Of a stretch of 64,000 nt of DNA, positions 13,258-25,785 are shown piece after piece (position 1 is the first letter of the stretch; every line of letters begins with the position of its first letter). The stretch comes from Felis catus. Its lineage: Eukaryota. The position numbers and the translations under genes are program-made. The stretch covers positions 172,238,001 to 172,302,000 of the forward strand of contig NC_058368.1 of NCBI RefSeq assembly GCF_018350175.1, given 5' to 3'. Under the pieces are notes generated by a model that worked only from the letters and a program-made list of their open reading frames with translations, did not search any database and was not told where the DNA came from.

Positions 13258-13466
13258 AGACTTTTTTTTTTTTTTTTTTAATGTGACTCAACCCAACAAA
13301 AATTTATAGGACTCCTACTTCTCCCTGCTCCAATGTATAGTATGGTCTTCTTAGAAACACTCATTCCTAACAAATATTTGCAAAAATCACACTTCAAAAG
13401 GGAGAGAGATGTGACCATTTCCTTGGATGCTCTCAAAGAGCCGGCCAAAGGGTGGGGATGGTGTAC

Positions 13467-13630
13467 CTTGATGGCCAAGTCACAGTGCTCGCTGGCCGTG
13501 GTGAGCTGCTCAATGTGCCTGTCCACTTCAGCCACGGAGAGGCCACAGCTGCTCTTCTTCCTGCAGCAGACGACATTCTCCAGCCCCGTCAGCACCCTCT
13601 GCAGCTCCGAGTTCAGGTCACTGCAATTAT
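13467..13630 (-). CDS. MCC: MCC internal coding exon D (164 nt, phase 1-0): (D)NCSDLNSELQRVLTGLENVVCCRKKSSCGLSVAEVDRHIEQLTTASEHCDLAIK
   Basis: Inside ORF 13278..13679 and matches recalled MCC. Acceptor ttgctcacag, donor AAG|gtacac. Confidence 0.96.
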
Positions 13631-14779
13631 CTGTGAGCAAATGTGGATGCGAGGAGTTAAGTAGGCAGGTGGGTAACAACGAATGCTCTCTGTTTCACTT
13701 ATGTGTCCATTTCACGTAAAATGGAATGGCAACGGAGCTTCATATTTCCAACTTTCATGCCACGTGGCCTCATCTTACAGGCTGCTGGCACTGCCTCTGA
13801 GGCTTAGAGCCAACATAAAGCCTTAACTTATGTTGGCCATTTTCGAGATAGCCATGCCATGCTCAATGCTCTCGTCTTTCCCTGGAAGACAGCTATGTTC
13901 AAATTCTTTGGTAAGAACGAAGAAGGGTCCCAGAAGGGGCTGTTGGGACTTCAGAAGCCTCCTGGTCAACTTCCTCCTCAGCCATTCAGATGAGCAGACT
14001 TCACAAAGAGTTTCAGCTGAGATCTCATAACTTTATTAAATAAACAAAACAAAAAGGCCCAGAGTGAACAGGGACACCAAGCATTTAAAAAAATAAAAAC
14101 TGTTAAGAGACAGTCCTTGCCTTCAATGAGCTTATAATCAGGATTTTTTTTTCTGGTATGACCACTGAATGTGTTCTACCATTGCAATTTAACCCCCTTT
14201 TCCATCAGGGGAAAAGTAAACTGTTCTAATAAAGTTCATTTTGTTCTCCATGTCAAGGTCTTGTAAACAATTCCAATAATTTGATTCTGACTTAAAAATA
14301 TGGGTTACTTTTAATTGCTGGACACCTAGGGCCTGGTTTGGGAAGAAAAATTAATTATAACTTAATGTGAACTACAAATATTTTATAAGATAATTTTGTT
14401 GGAGAAAAAAAAAAAATCCCCTTAAAGCCAAACCCAAATAACCTGTTACTTTGGATTCTTTTCTTATTTCAAGACAGGTGTTAGCTCTAAGCAGCCTCTC
14501 AGGGTACATTCTTCCCCTACAGCCAGTCTGCCTCCTGCATGAAAGGAGCTCAAAGTCTACAGTTTCTCTTCTCCATCCTCCACCCCCTTCCTCCGTACAT
14601 GCACTACAACAGTCCATTGTTTTTGGTGTTTACCTTTGGAAGACTTCAAAACACTCAGTGGGCTTTATCAGAATATTTTGGCCAACCTTATTTGACTGCC
14701 CGGATCTCCAAGTTACCTCAATCCAGAGAGAAGACAGCCTGAGGCTTTCACACCAACCAATGGACCCAATTATTCACCC

Positions 14780-15810
14780 TCCTCTCCCACCCGTTCCTGC
14801 CCATCTCTGGAAGGGCATCACCATCCACTCAGTTACTCAGGTTAACTCTCAGGCAAGCTTCATTTCTTTTTGCTTCACGTCCAGAACCCAGTCCATCTTG
14901 TGAGTGCAACCGCCAAAGTTTATCCCCAAAATGAGTTCTTCTTACCATCTCCACAGATATCAACACAGTTCAAACTACCATGATTTCTCCATGGAACCAC
15001 CTGAACAACCTCCAACCTCCGCTCCCCACACTGCAGCCAAAGTGAGCCTCTTAAGGACATAAGTCAGCTGTTATTCCCCTGGCCCAGACCACCTAATGGC
15101 TTCCTGTTGTCATTCAACGAAAGTCCAAACTCCTCACCAGAGTCTGTGAGACTCTGCATCATCAGGACTGATGATGTTCTCAACCCAGGCTGCACCATGG
15201 AATTTTCTGGAGAGCTTTTATAAATTACCAATGTCCAGGCCCCACCCCAGACCAATTAAATCACAGTCTCTGGAGGTGGGGCTTGGGTACTGGGAACATT
15301 TTTAAAGTTCTTCAGATCACACTCACGTGCAGCCAGCGTGAGAACCGCTGATGCTGTCCTTGCCTCATATGCCCAACTTCCCTTCCCCCTCACTCCATTC
15401 ATACTCCTGACCTTCTCTCCATCCCTGGAGCATGCCAATCTCCTGTCTGCTCCAGGACTTCCTTTTCCTCTGCTGTTTCCTCTGCCAAGACAGATTTCTA
15501 CCCAGGTCTCCACTTACTCAGTTCTTAGTTCAAATGCCACTTCCTCATCAAGCCTCTTCCCTACCTAAAGCCTGGGGTTCCAGCTCCTCTCCCAGTTCAG
15601 TCCCTACCCTATTATCCTATCTCCTTCATGCCAATTACCACTGTCTGATCTGACTTAGGTGTTTCTTATCTTATCTCTGCTGAAATGTGAAAAGAAGAAA
15701 CTTTGATCTTCCTCACCAGTGTGGAAGAACAAGAATAGATCAACAAGAATAGATCACTATTCTTCAACAAGAATAGTGTAGGCGATCAAGAATTAGTTTT
15801 AAGTGGGCAA
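14780..15810 (+). mobile_element. L2 fragments (interrupted by a MER5-like element)
   Basis: Degenerate L2 3'-region text (cacactgcagccaaagtgagcctc, aatggcttcctgttg, ctcagttcttagttcaaatgccacttcctc). Confidence 0.65.
15170..15350. mobile_element. MER5-type hAT-Charlie non-autonomous DNA transposon
   Basis: Ends gttctcaacc...gtgagaaccgctg. Internal quasi-palindrome caggccccacccc / ggtggggcttg. Confidence 0.75.
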
Positions 15811-16164
15811 ATATGAACCTCACATCATATATTTAAGAGACAGACAGACTACAAACACAGGCTGCCTGTAGCATCATGTTTTCTATCAACCTTACTCTTT
15901 TTGTCCTCATCACAGACCATGCCCTGAGCTGCTGACAACTGAGAGGCACTCCTCACTGTAGAAGGCTCTCTGGAGATGGAGTACAGGTGCCTACCACCAA
16001 CTCAAGGCCAGGAGGTCCAGAGCATGCCAATAGAACTGTCTCTGGAGCACACTTCATTCTAAGTAATAAGCAAAGCAGTTTCTCCAAATCATCTTTTACC
16101 TCGAGGTGCAGGGTTCCTGCTCCACTGTGATGGAGTAACACACACTCCCGAGTGACTTGTATTA

Positions 16165-16648
16165 TTTTTTTTAAACTTTTTTAAATGTTTACTTATTCTT
16201 TTTATTTATTTTTAATTTTTTTTCACGTTTATTTTTTTTTTGAGACAGAGAGAGACAGAGCATGAATACGGGAGGGGCTGAGAGAGAGAGGGAGACACAG
16301 AATCCGAAGCAGGCTCCAGGCTCTGAGCTGTCAGCACAGAGCCTGACGCGGGGCTCGAACTCACGGACCGCAAGATCATGACCTGAGCCAAAGTCGGATG
16401 CTTAACCGACTGAGCCACCCAGGCGCCCCTAAATGTTTACTTATTCTTGAGAGAGAGAGACAGAGACACAGACAGAGACAGAGCATGAGTAGGAATGGGC
16501 AGAGAGGGAGAGAGACAGAATCTGAAGCAGGCTCCAGGCTCTGGGCTGTAAGCACAGAGCCCAATGCGGGGCTTGAACTCAAGAGCCACGAGATCATGAC
16601 CTGAGCCAAAGTCAGATGCTAAACTAACTGAGCCACCCAGGTACCCCT
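16165..16648 (-). mobile_element. Nested Can-SINE pair (inner copy 16201-16429 inserted in the tail of the outer copy)
   Basis: 19-bp TSD taaatgtttacttattctt at 16182-16200 and 16430-16448. Confidence 0.92.
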
Positions 16649-17669
16649 GCATGATTTGTATTATTAAGTGGTTAAAAGTAGGATGAGGAATAAAGATGCC
16701 GCTATTCAGCCATTCCATACGGGTTTCTCTAGCACAGCTGCACTTGATACAGTGGTTGCAAGGTATCACACGTCTGCTGATGTTCTCTCATGGCAGGACC
16801 TGAGAGGTGGAACCAGGCTGTATGCCAATGATATTGGGTCATAGGGAACAGGAGGAGGGTATATAAATCTGGCCAGTGCGTCTTTCTTATTGCTTAACCA
16901 AACAGTTGCTGAGCCCCGCCTCAAGCTAGAAACAGGATACAAAAATGAATAGGAGACTCTCCTCAACCCTGAGAGGCTCACCGATGTACGAGAAAATGCC
17001 ACGGTCCCTTCTCTCAGCTGTCTACCAGCATCGTGGGGAAAGTGACCATAGGGAACATGGTGCTAGTACAGGATGGAGAGTCAAGAGAGCTGAAGAGGGG
17101 ATGTATATTAACATACAGACTGAAAGCAGATGAGCGTTTTTTCTTCAAACCAAAGAGAGCTATAAATGCTTTCTCTGGTCTTAGGAAGCCAAATGTGTAA
17201 TGCAAAGGTTGGAAGATGAACGCCACACACTCCTGCCTATTATCCGCAGAGCTCTGCACCGTGGCTTTACACGAATCAGGGGACAGTTGGCTATCTCTTG
17301 CTATTGTTCGGTTTAGGAGGACAAGGTGGCTAGGCGGGCAGAAGCAGATATTCTCCACCCCCCCCACCCCCCCATAGCTGAGTGCCACCCCATAGCACGA
17401 GTCACTCACTACCATTCACCTGAGCACTGAGCTGTTCCATACAGGGTGGAGTAATCTTTCTGAGTCTGTGGTATATTCCTCTAGATACTGACTTGGAATA
17501 AACTCTCCATCCCTTCTCCTGGCCTACAGTGCCCTACATCATCTGGCTCCTGCCACTGAGAGTCTCTACAAAAGGCGAACGAGATGAAGGGACTGCTTGT
17601 TAAGGGACCAGAGGAGCAGGATAAGACAAATATAAGACCAAATATTCCAGACTGAACAAAAGGTGCCTC

Positions 17670-18340
17670 ATTTACAAATCAAAGCCACAACAAGGTATCA
17701 CCTCACACCCATCAGGTTGGCCACTATTTAAAACAACCACCGGAGAAAATCACGTGTTGGCGAGGATGTGGAGAGAAAATTAGAATCCTTGTGCTCCACT
17801 GGTGGGAATGTAAAAGGACGCAACCGCTGTGAAGAACAGTACGGCAGTTCCTCAAAAATTAAAACTAGAACTAGCCTATCATCCAGCAATCCCATGTCTC
17901 AATCCAGTTTCAAAAGAATTGAACATAGGGCTCAAACAGATACCTGTATGCCCATGTTCATAGCAACCTTATTCACAACGGTCAAAGGTGGACGCAACGC
18001 AAGTTCGCTGACCAACGAACAGGTCAACAAAATGTGGCCTATACAAAACAGAATGTCATTCGGCCTTAGAGAGGAAGGAAACTTGGACACATGCTACAAC
18101 TCGGATGAACCTCGAGAACATTATAGTAAGTGAAGTAAGCCAGTTAGGAAAGGGCAAGTGGAGGACTCCTCTTATAAGAGGGACCTAGAGTAGAGGCAGA
18201 AAGAAGCACAGAGGTGGCCAGGGACTGGGGGGAATGGGGCAATACACACTTTCGGTTTGAGAGGATGACAAAGTCCCGGAAGTGGGTGGTGGTGAGGGTT
18301 GCACAACTCTGAATGTACTTATTGCCACTGAACTGCACGC
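17670..18340 (+). mobile_element. Old L1 (L1MB-like) 3' fragment: ORF2 end plus 3' UTR
   Basis: caaatcaaagccacaa...cacctcacaccc...gtgttggcgaggatgtggag...ccagcaatccc. Homologous to the L1 at 50298. Confidence 0.8.
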
Positions 18341-20034
18341 TGGCCATGGGACGGCAGCATGAGGACCACACTGAGGCAGACTCGCTATAGTACCTCAGGC
18401 TGTGCTGTGCCTTATGTCACAAGGTGATGGCTTGGTCCCTTGTCTAGAGGACAAAGAGGAAAGGCCCTTCATACCGAATACACATTCTGTTAATGGAGTT
18501 AATGGAGGTTATTTTTATCTTTCCAAAGAAGAATCTCAAGTAGCACGTAGCAAACACCACGTGTAAGGGGGAAGGACAATAATCGGAACCAGGGAAAGGC
18601 TGAGGATGCAAACGGAGACTCACACAGCTGCTGGGGCGGACACTTCCACTTAGCCCTGAGCTTCCTGGCAGCCAGAGCAAAAATGAAACATGTCCTGTCA
18701 GAAAGGAGGAAGCACGCCAGTTTCACAAGAGAGACAATGTGTTCTTAGCAACAAATGCTAAAAGAATTTAGGTAAAAGGGACTTCACATGTGCTGTAAAG
18801 CGATGTGACTGCCAGTCTCCTCAGACACACTTTTAAACACAGACGAATTTCATGATTTCTTACACTAACCTTCAATTAAAATTAAGCTGTGGGCCATTAA
18901 AGCACAATGTGAAGGGAATTCTGGGAAGGCGTAAGTTCACACAGTCTTGGCTTTGTGCCTTTTAGTTGTTTAATTTGCTGGAAAGATGAAACAGAGGACA
19001 CAGTTGAATAAATGGAATGAGCATCTCCCTTTGGCCAGAGGAGGCAACTAGCCACCTGCAGTCCAGGATGTGTTGTGTTTGGACAAGAAGGGGTTGGTAT
19101 CTGGCACAGCCCTTTTGGTTTTTTTGAAAACAGTTTTGAATTAATTGTCAACATTTGAAAGTCATTAGAATTTATGGCTATTGTTGTAAAATCAGGTCTG
19201 GCAATACTGGGCCTGGCTCCTCACACGACAACCATCTGTGGAGTGGCCAGCAGCTGGCCGCTTTGGACTCAGCACGGCCACGGTGCTCCTCTGCTTCCCT
19301 CACAGCCGCACACTGAACCCCACCTGCCACGTCCCCCCCCCCCCCCCATCCATCAGTCTGCAGCCCTGCCTCTGCTGTTAGTTCTAGATACAACTTTTCC
19401 CAGTTAGATTTCGGAGAGGAGCTGAAGACAAGAGAGCTCAGGTTCATCTTCCAATGAGAACCCAGAGGCTTAGGTTTTTACGTTGCTGTCTGAGGGAAGA
19501 CCCAAGTACTGGGAGAATCGGGAAAGAGGGTAAGAGGGTGTTCGTGGCTATGAAAACTAACCCAGACCAGCATTCTTGCTTGGTTAAACACACACACTAG
19601 TTTTCTTCTTTCTTCCTCAGGATCAATCAAGCCTAGCCCTAGAGTTCCATACAAGAAACTATCCCAGAGTTAGTTCGTTTTGCATCAGGTGTCAAAGGCT
19701 GCCTGCCTGTTCTGTTTTTTTTTTTTTTTTGAACCCCCTGTAAAAGCCCTAACCCTGATAAAACATTAGACATTAGAAACACTTCCCCTGGTCCGCCCGA
19801 TTCTGAGCTGTGCACCTTTACCAGAACGGCTCTGCTCCAAAACACGGTTGCAGCTTCAAGAGCTCACGCTCCTAGGGCTTCTGCTCCAGAGGTAACGGTC
19901 ATTTGCCGGCTTTGTTTGGATGCTTCTCCCTCTCTTCTTCCTAGCAGCTGTTTTTCAGGCTTTGCCTCGAAATACCCTGTTTCTAGAAAGCCTTCCCTGA
20001 TTACCCATTGTCTTAAAAAAAAAAAAGTATTCCT

Positions 20035-20310
20035 TAAAATTTTTTTAAATCATAGTGTAGTTGACACGCAACATTACATTAGTTTCAGGTGTAGAGCGTG
20101 GCGACTGGACAAGTCTATACACTATTCTATGCTCACAAGTGTAGCTACAAGTGTAGCTCACAAGTGTAGCCACACAGCGCAATTATAATGCCACTGACTA
20201 TATTCCCTGTGCTGTGCCTTTCATCCCTGTGACTCCTTCATTCCAAAAGTGGAAGCCTATATCTCCCACCCCCTTCATGCATTTTGCCCACCCCCTACCC
20301 ACCTATAGTC
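20035..20310 (-). mobile_element. L1 3'-end fragment (L1MA/carnivore type)
   Basis: tagttgacacgcaacattacattagtttcaggtgt...actatattccctgtgctgt is typical of a reversed L1 3' UTR. Confidence 0.6.
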
Positions 20311-21234
20311 TTGTATTTACTTCTTTCTTGGAGGCATCGCATTCCCTGTAATTACTTATTAACTGACATATCGACCCTACTAGGTCCAGCCCTGGGGACC
20401 AATGACTGTTTATTAGTCCTTGTGTTCCCAGATGCTCACAACAGCAGGCACGGAGCAGTGCTCGAACAAGACCACCTGAGCTGAACGTGTAAAAGAAATT
20501 AAAGACTTTTTTTGTAAATCAACTTTTACAAGTATCCAGTTTCTGTTAGTCGGCTCACTGGTAAAGAATCATCAGATCTAAGACCTATCACGTGGCATAC
20601 CACACCCTATTAAAAAGGCAGAAAGCTTTCAATCGGGTGGATCCCTAGGGTGGATGTGTCCACTCAAGTTACAGATGCTAGGCACAGTGAATTTGAGCAA
20701 GTCTTAGAGAGAGAAGCATCAGAAGGCCTGCTGTGAACAGTCCAAAGGTCTTACCTGTGTGGTGCAGCAGCCCAGGGCATAATCATAACTCCCACGGCCT
20801 TCCAAGGGCCAGCACACATCCCCCCCTACTGTTGTTTCGCCTGGGCATACATTGTGCCTTGTAAGGCAAGTCAAGTGGAGCAAAGGGCTACAGATTCTTT
20901 CAGCACTGACCTAGACATTCCACTAACAGGCCAGATGTGAATTCCTAAGGATGTAACAGTTCGGCTGCTGCCGTGGCTCTAAGGCTGAAACCAGGAGGGC
21001 TGTGGCTTTCCTTTGTAAGCAGTCCCCTTCACACAGCATGCAGCAAGGAATAAGCAAAACCAGAACAAAGCAAGACAGAAAAGGAAGAAACAGAAGACAA
21101 CAGAAGTGTCCGCAAGAAAGGAGTAAGACGGTATCCATAAGGGTTGCACGCTGCGTAATGTACACAGGGCCTGTGTCTCCTGAAGACAGGAAGACTCAGA
21201 AGAACAATGCTGTGATAGCTTAAAAGCACCTCAA

Positions 21235-21892
21235 GATTGCCATTAATGGACAAACTGATTATCATGAACTTCCTGTGGCAACACAGTAGTAGTGAAGGCA
21301 CATCATCACCCATGTATATTCTTGCAAAAACTGCTAACCTCAAATCTAACACTAAAAAAAACCAATCAGACCATCTAGATTGAGGGACTCTACTAAGACG
21401 CTACTAACCTGGCCTCTTCAAAAAGGTCAATGTCATGAAAGACAAGAAAGGTGGGGGACCTGTTTTAGATTAAAGGAGCATAAAGAGACATGGTAACTAA
21501 ATATCATGTGTGAGCCTTGACTGGATCCTGGATTAAACAAAAGCAACAAAAGACATTAATGGTACATTTGGGAAAATTTGAATATGGACTATATATATCG
21601 TTCCATCTGGGTTAAAATTCTCGGGTATGATAAAAGTGCTATGGTTAAAAAAGAGAAGTTCCCCGTTCTTAGGAGGTTTGTGCTGATATATTTAGGGTGA
21701 GGCATGAAGTGAGTTGCATGATGTCTGCAACTTACTTTCAAAGAGCTCAGAAAAAAAATTCATGCATGTGCGCAAAAATCAAATAACAAAAATCGCATAA
21801 CATTAACAGCTAGTGAATACAGGCAATGGGTTTATAGGGGTTCATTTTGCTGTTTATGTAAGTTTGAAGTTTTTCAAAATAAAAAGTTGAGG
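21235..21892 (+). mobile_element. Old L1 (L1MC/ME-like) 3' UTR
   Basis: ctcttcaaaaaggtcaatgtcatgaaagac...gactggatcctgg...tttcaaaataaaaagtt. Confidence 0.7.
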
Positions 21893-22173
21893 GGGAAATA
21901 AATACTTGAGCATTCAAGGCCAGAAGGTACGACAGAGCATGGACACACTGAGTCTAGATTTAATGTAGGGACCCCTGTGATGTTCGATTTCTCCGTGCAG
22001 CTACGAGAACCAGAATGCTTTCTGGAAAGTGTCACTGCCACACCCAAATTATCCCCCAAGACCACAGACGTGAGTCAGGCTGGGAGCCACCAGCTACCAC
22101 GCCGGCTGGGTCCTAACTTAGCTGAAAGGGATGTGTTTCTTTTCCCAAAAGAAACCAAGTTATACTTTCAGGA

Positions 22174-22379
22174 TTTTTTTTTTATGTTTATTTATTTTTG
22201 AGAGAGAGACAGAGACAGAGCATGAGCAGAGGAGGAGCAGAGAGAGGGAGATACAAAAGCAGGCTCCAGGCTCCGAGCTGTCAGCACAGAGCCCGACACG
22301 AGGCTCGAACCCATGAACCGTGAGATCGTGACCTGAGCCAAAGTCGGAGGCCCAACCTACCGAGCCACCCAGGCGCCCC
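22174..22379 (-). mobile_element. Feline Can-SINE
   Basis: Full element with TSD tactttcagga. Confidence 0.92.
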
Positions 22380-25300
22380 TGTACTTTCAGGACTTCTATT
22401 TCAGCCCAAACGTACCAGCCTGAATTTGTTTTCATTTTTGCTAATGTCAACTTTGCAGTTTTAACACGCTTTGTTTCTCTGCAACATCACCTCTGATCAC
22501 TCTCTCCCCAAGCTCACTAACCTCTGGTCCAAATGGTCCTTCCTCAGTGCCTGGATCTTCCATTTCAGCTCAAGGGCCTTTTTCAGACAGGCCCGTCTCA
22601 AGCCTCGAGAGCCAAGAGTGGCAGTGTGGAGCAGGCTGTCAGTACCAGTCCCAGACCCCGGGGCTTTCACTGTGGTAGGGATGGGAAAATTTCCAAAGCT
22701 TCCAGGAGAAGGGAGGAGATGTGCCTCTGACATCCAAATATGGTTGACACAATCCTTTCTCCCAGGAACAATGGCTACAGTGCTGGTCCGGGTTATAGTA
22801 ACACAGATGAGGGTCCCGTACTTTATTCCCATTACAGATTAAAGCAGGCTTTCACAGGCTAGTCTTGGAAGCGAACACTCCCTTATAATGCTGGTTTTAA
22901 GGAAAAACATGTCATGCGTTTCCAACAATCAAAAAAACAATTTCACCTGAAGAGACACAGCCCATTTAAAAAATTGAGACAACTTATATTATAAAAGGAG
23001 TTCCTGAATCCCAACATTTATGGAAACTCACTTCGAATGAATGTGGTGGAGTCTTTTCGAAAAGTGTCTTTTCGGGGGCTAAAAAACTATTTGAAACATT
23101 TCCCTCAAATTGTACTCAAGTCACGTAAACTGAAGTAGAGCAGTGACCCTGCCTGCTTTCAAGCTTGATTACTGTAAGGAAAGTTCCAGAATGATTTCCG
23201 ATGCACTCCTCAGTCACTCTGCCCTGTTGACATTCGCAGACAGGTCTTATTTGACCAGGCTCAGATCCCATGGAGAAAGCACACAGCCACCTCAAAGAGT
23301 CCTCCAGTGAGTCAATGTTCAGAACTTCAACGTCTCCTCTAGGCTTGGTTCTCAGGGATGACCAACACTGTGCACGGCCTAGGGGAAATGTAGCTGCCCA
23401 GTTAAAGTGAGGAGAAGGAAAAACAGAAAGGCAACAAAAGGCTTGGCCTATTCCATCAACTACTCAAGATGCTGTTTTCAGTCCCATCTAACCTTTCCAA
23501 CCTGTGGCCTGGTTCCTCAAAGTTCCATAATCAGGTTATAAATGATTTGACTGTCAAACATGTTTTGCTGCAGGATCCATTCTAGTCACCCTCATTCCTA
23601 ATAACATGCACATTTTCTCCAGACAGTCTCCCTTGCCTTTGTCAACACTTCTCTCCAACCCTACAGAAGTCGTTTTTGGAGGAGGCAGGGCTGCCTTTCC
23701 CTGCCCCGACCCCCCTTTCTCCTCATTGGGAGTGGCTGCTTGACACTTTGGAACATTTTTCCTGAAGCCATTAAGCCTCATCGGCCATTAAGCCGGGAAA
23801 ATCTGGCTTTAACGTTAAACATATTTCATAGTCACAGCTGTGCCAAAAAGCCAGGTTTCATGTGTAAATTCTTCCTTGGTTGTCCTCCAAAAACTATGCA
23901 TAAGGAGGAAATCTCTATCTAAATGATCCCACCAGCAAACAAGGTATCATATGCTTCCTTTCATCCCTAAGGGTGGAATAGTTGGGCATTGCTAGATCCC
24001 AGAAAAGAAGAATTTCTCACCTAAAACAGAAGAGATCTCAAAATAAGGAGCAGAACCCAACGCAGGCTGTGCAAAGGTCCACTGGATCAAGGATTTTGTT
24101 TTACAAACAATTGCTCCAGATGAGCTCTTCTGTTCCATTAGCAGAGCTGGGAGAGCAGCCTGCCGGAGAGTGTGCCACACACGCACGAACATGGACACAC
24201 ATCTGTGTTCTGCTCTATGGCAAGAGCCAGAATCGTTTGGCCTAAAAGTGTTGTTTCTAAGATGGAGGTTTGCAAAATCTCGATTAACAACAAATACTCT
24301 GCTACGAAGCCAGGTGCTGTGATCACACAGCTGCTCCCTAAATTCCCCCATCAGCACTAGAGACCTCAAAGGATCGCAGTTAAGTGGAACACACTAACCG
24401 TAGGCACGTTTCACGATTTAGGCAGAGGCACGTAAGAGCAAAGCCATCTACAGAAACACGGGCGCCAACAACAGTAACAACTGCTTAGCTGTGTGGCCTT
24501 GGACAAATGACTCACCCCCTCTGAACTCTGTTAGCCCAATTTTACAGATGAGGAGATTTACAGGGCCTCCTTTCAAGGCTGAAGATTAAACATGAAGATG
24601 CATGTAAATGCTCGACACAGAGTGAGCAAAACACATTATCTGTTCTAGCCAGCCTCTCCCTAACTAGAGCTCTTTGCCAAATTGAGGGAATAAAATTCCC
24701 AAGCCGTAATTCCTACCTTGTTTTTGTCTACTTAATTACCTTTATTTTCCAAACAACTGTGTGACCAGGTTTGAACAGAGGTAAAGCAATTTATTTTAAG
24801 ATGCCGTGTGACACTGCTGGGATCTGTCTCCTTCATAGGACTGGTTAGGTGTGTCGAAGCACTTTCTAAATTGCTGGTTTACTCCTTCAGGGCCCAAGGA
24901 CACCACCTAGGAGCCAGCTCACTGACTGGGCAGCCTGGCTCTGATGGGTGGGATCTGAAAACAAGAAAAGTGCTTTTGATGAAGGGAGCAGATTGGACTT
25001 AACTCCTGCTATCTTGAATGAAGACTGGTGAATATACCGCAGCAAATTCTGCCTATAAAATCCGGCTCAAGAAAACCTCTGGGTTGCTAATGCAGGTTTG
25101 CAAATATAGCAACCATAATGAAATGGCTGCTTTTTAATGATTTCCTATAACGGTGTTTATATATGGAAGCTTTTTCCCCTATTGAAGCCATTTAATTGGA
25201 AAATGGCAAAGGAGTAAGAAGAGGCAGCCGTCCAGTTCCGATGAACGCACACAGGGGCGGCACTCTGCAGAAGCCCTGATGCGCTCCTCCTCCTTGATGT

Positions 25301-25785
25301 CCCTGTGCCTGCCCTCCTCGGGGACCCGGCAGGTGCCAGCCCTCTGCCTCCTAGGCTCTCCCCCTGCCTCCTGCTCTTTACCTGCATCGCTCCCGCCTGT
25401 CCCTCGAGTTCTGCTAGATGTGACCTCTGGGATGTATCTTCCGAAGCTCTTGCCCAAGGGTGTTGCTAGGAGCCCCTGTCCACCTCCTCTTGTGGCCCTT
25501 ACCTCAGTGCTGGTCATTCCCTGTTTCCTTGCGTGCATCCTCTGGAGAGCCGTGAGCTCCAAGATGGCATTCCCTAACACTTAGTACTGGGGGCCTCCTC
25601 TGTGTGGGCACTGTTATACTGGCACACAGGACAGCGGAAGTCCCTGCCCTCGTGGTGCCTGCATTCTAGATTCCAGTGTGAGGGACTGGTAACCACTGGT
25701 AATGCACAGTGAAATAAATGCACATACAATGTGTCACCAGGAAGCACTAAGTGCTGTGAGGAGAAATGAAGGCAGAAAAGGAGTC

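Noticed and set aside
13333..13719. Plus-strand 128-aa ORF
   Set aside because: Antisense shadow of MCC exon D.
14451..14903. 150-aa plus-strand ORF
   Set aside because: Non-ATG start, runs into an L2 remnant, no recognisable protein.
20131..20170. Triple acaagtgtagc repeat, plus similar small duplications at 31343-31393, 56142-56189 and 58220-58250
   Set aside because: Ordinary replication-slippage micro-duplications.
25040..25270. CArG/MEF2/GC-box-like motifs suggesting an internal promoter
   Set aside because: All matches are imperfect, there is no CpG island, and this cannot be supported from sequence alone.
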